A DNA stretch of 21,343 nt from contig NW_021823777.1 of NCBI RefSeq assembly GCF_006345805.1, forward strand, positions 1 to 21,343, written 5' to 3'. The number at the start of each line of letters is the position of its first letter. Positions within the stretch are counted from its first letter, which is position 1. Below the pieces are notes generated by a model. The model did not search any database. It was not told the origin of the DNA and saw nothing but the letters and a program-made list of their open reading frames with translations. This DNA is from Octopus sinensis. Its lineage: Eukaryota. Shown piece by piece: positions 19,990-21,343 of this stretch. Position numbers and translations under genes: made by a program.

Positions 19990-20050
<61 letters not shown>

Positions 20051-20280
20051 TCTATCTGTCTGTCTGTCTATTTATCTGTCATTCTATCCATCTTTCTATC
20101 TCCCTCTCTGCTTATTTGTCCGTCTGTCTGTCTGTCTATGTATGTATGTATGTATGTATGTGTATGTATGTATGTGTGTGTGTATGTATGTATGTATGTA
20201 TGTATGTATGTATATATCTATCTATCTATCTATCTATTTATCTATCTATCTGTCTGTCTGTCTATCTGTCAATATGTTTG
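19400..20280. repeat. Compound (CT)n/(CTAT)n/(CTGT)n/(ATGT)n block with a duplicated cassette
   Basis: TCTGTCATTCTATC...TCCCTCTCTGCTTATTTGTC.GTCTGTC occurs near both 19646 and 20075. A decayed family-E-like tail lies at ~19860-19915. Confidence 0.9.
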
Positions 20281-20319
20281 TCTACCAAACCGTCAAGTCA
20301 TCTACCTACATATCCATAC

Positions 20320-20393
20320 CTTGGGTACAGGAGCTGAGCTGGGAGGTGCAGGAAGTTTTTGGGGAAGAAGGATTGGATGAGGGATGGTGCTAT
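20320..20393 (-). pseudogene. Partial duplicate of the 20741-20821 exon (pseudo-exon)
   Basis: It has 5 substitutions in 74 nt versus the source, keeps the donor AAG|GTATGG and lacks a polypyrimidine tract. It is flanked by the 18-bp direct repeat ATCTACCTACATATCCAT (20300-20317, 20392-20409). Confidence 0.75.
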
Positions 20394-20740
20394 CTACCTA
20401 CATATCCATCCATGCATCTAATATTCTCCCTCCCCCCTCTCTCTACCTCTCCTCTTCCTTATTCTCTCTCCCATGCATCACTGCACATGGCAAATTGCAT
20501 GATATGCGGAAACATTACACGAATCAGGGAGTTTTGCTTTGTTTTGCATTTTTTTTTTGTGTGTTTATTGTTATTTTCATTTCAACATTTCATTATGACA
20601 TAGCAGACGGAAGAGGAAGCAAGCCCATAGCCCATAGCTATTCATTATATGGAATTCCTCAGAACAGTCTGTAGCGGCTGTGGTGTTGGTACCATTATGG
20701 TCGAGGTGATAGTTTTGTCTGTAGGTTAATATCTCAATAC

Positions 20741-20821
20741 CTTGGGTAGAGGAGCTGAGCTGGGAGGTGCAGGAAGTTTTGGTGGAAGAAGGATCGGATG
20801 AGGGGTGGTGCTATTTAGAAT
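20741..20821 (-). CDS. Candidate internal coding exon, 81 nt, phase 0-0, Pro-rich (ILNSTTPHPILLPPKLPAPPSSAPLPK), gene unknown
   Basis: Acceptor TCTATTTTATTTGCTCCAG| and donor AAG|GTATTG. The length is a multiple of 3, only frame 0 is open (the other two frames hit TAA/TAG), and the sequence is not a recognisable repeat. Confidence 0.6.
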
Positions 20822-20876
20822 CTGGAGCAAATAAAATAGATCTATGAGATTTTCTTATCAGAATACTCAGACGCTA

Positions 20877-21343
20877 GGCAGCGAGTTGGCAGAAATGTTA
20901 GCACGCCGGGCAAAATGCTTAGCGGTATTACGTCTGCCGTTACGTTCTGAGTTCAAATTCTGCCGAGGTCAACTTTACCTTTCATCCTTTCGGGGTTGAT
21001 AAATTAAGTACCAGTTACACACTGGGGTTGATGTAATCAACTTAATCCCTTTGTCTGTCCTTGTTTGTCCACTCTATGTTTAGCCCCTTGTGGGTAGTAA
21101 AGAAATAGGTATTTCGTCTGCTGTTACGTTCTGAGTTCAAATTCCGTCAAGGTCAACTTTGCCTTTAATCCTTTCGGGGGTCGATTAAATAAGCACCAGT
21201 TACGTACTGGGGAGTCGATGTAATTGACTTAATCCATTTGTCTGTCCTTGTTTGTCCCCTCTGTGTGTAGCCCCTTATGGGCAGTAAAGAAATAAGAAAC
21301 GTTAGCACGCTGGGCGAAATGCTTAGCAGTATTTCGTCTGTCT
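20877..21343 (+). mobile_element. Head-to-tail trimer of SINE family E (20877-21107, 21108-21294, 21295-end)
   Basis: The first copy has a tRNA-like head (TTGGCAGAAATG..., GAGTTCAAATTC). Both complete copies end in AGTAAAGAAATA and are followed directly by a 5'-truncated copy. Confidence 0.92.

Overview
This is AT-rich, microsatellite-saturated eukaryotic DNA. The SINE families and repeat landscape look like a coleoid cephalopod, probably Octopus (inference from recognition, not a database hit). Most supplied ORFs are artefacts of simple repeats. Supported content: (1) a decayed plus-strand Penelope-like element (PLE, Naiad-type by motif recall) at ~3490-7470. Its last ~300 bp of GIY-YIG coding sequence is tandemly repeated five times and was later invaded by an RTE-X LINE fragment (7-bp TSD, in-frame 216-bp internal duplication) and two SINEs. 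(2) Two kinds of hammerhead-ribozyme folds. One has a canonical core (10062-10113, minus) and forms one arm of a spacerless 126-bp palindrome. The other is a minimal variant with core CUGUNGA, present in three copies of a short PLE-like repeat (~1369-1406, 13218-13255, 14523-14560, all minus). (3) Two further near-perfect spacerless palindromes (7819-8003, 9581-9751). (4) Many tRNA-derived SINEs, Tc1/mariner-like MITE pieces and a Helitron/HINE-like repeat. (5) One credible 81-nt Pro-rich coding exon on the minus strand (20741-20821) with a TSD-flanked partial duplicate 421 bp away, which suggests the window is mostly intron of a minus-strand gene. No bacterial-type genes or CRISPR arrays are present.
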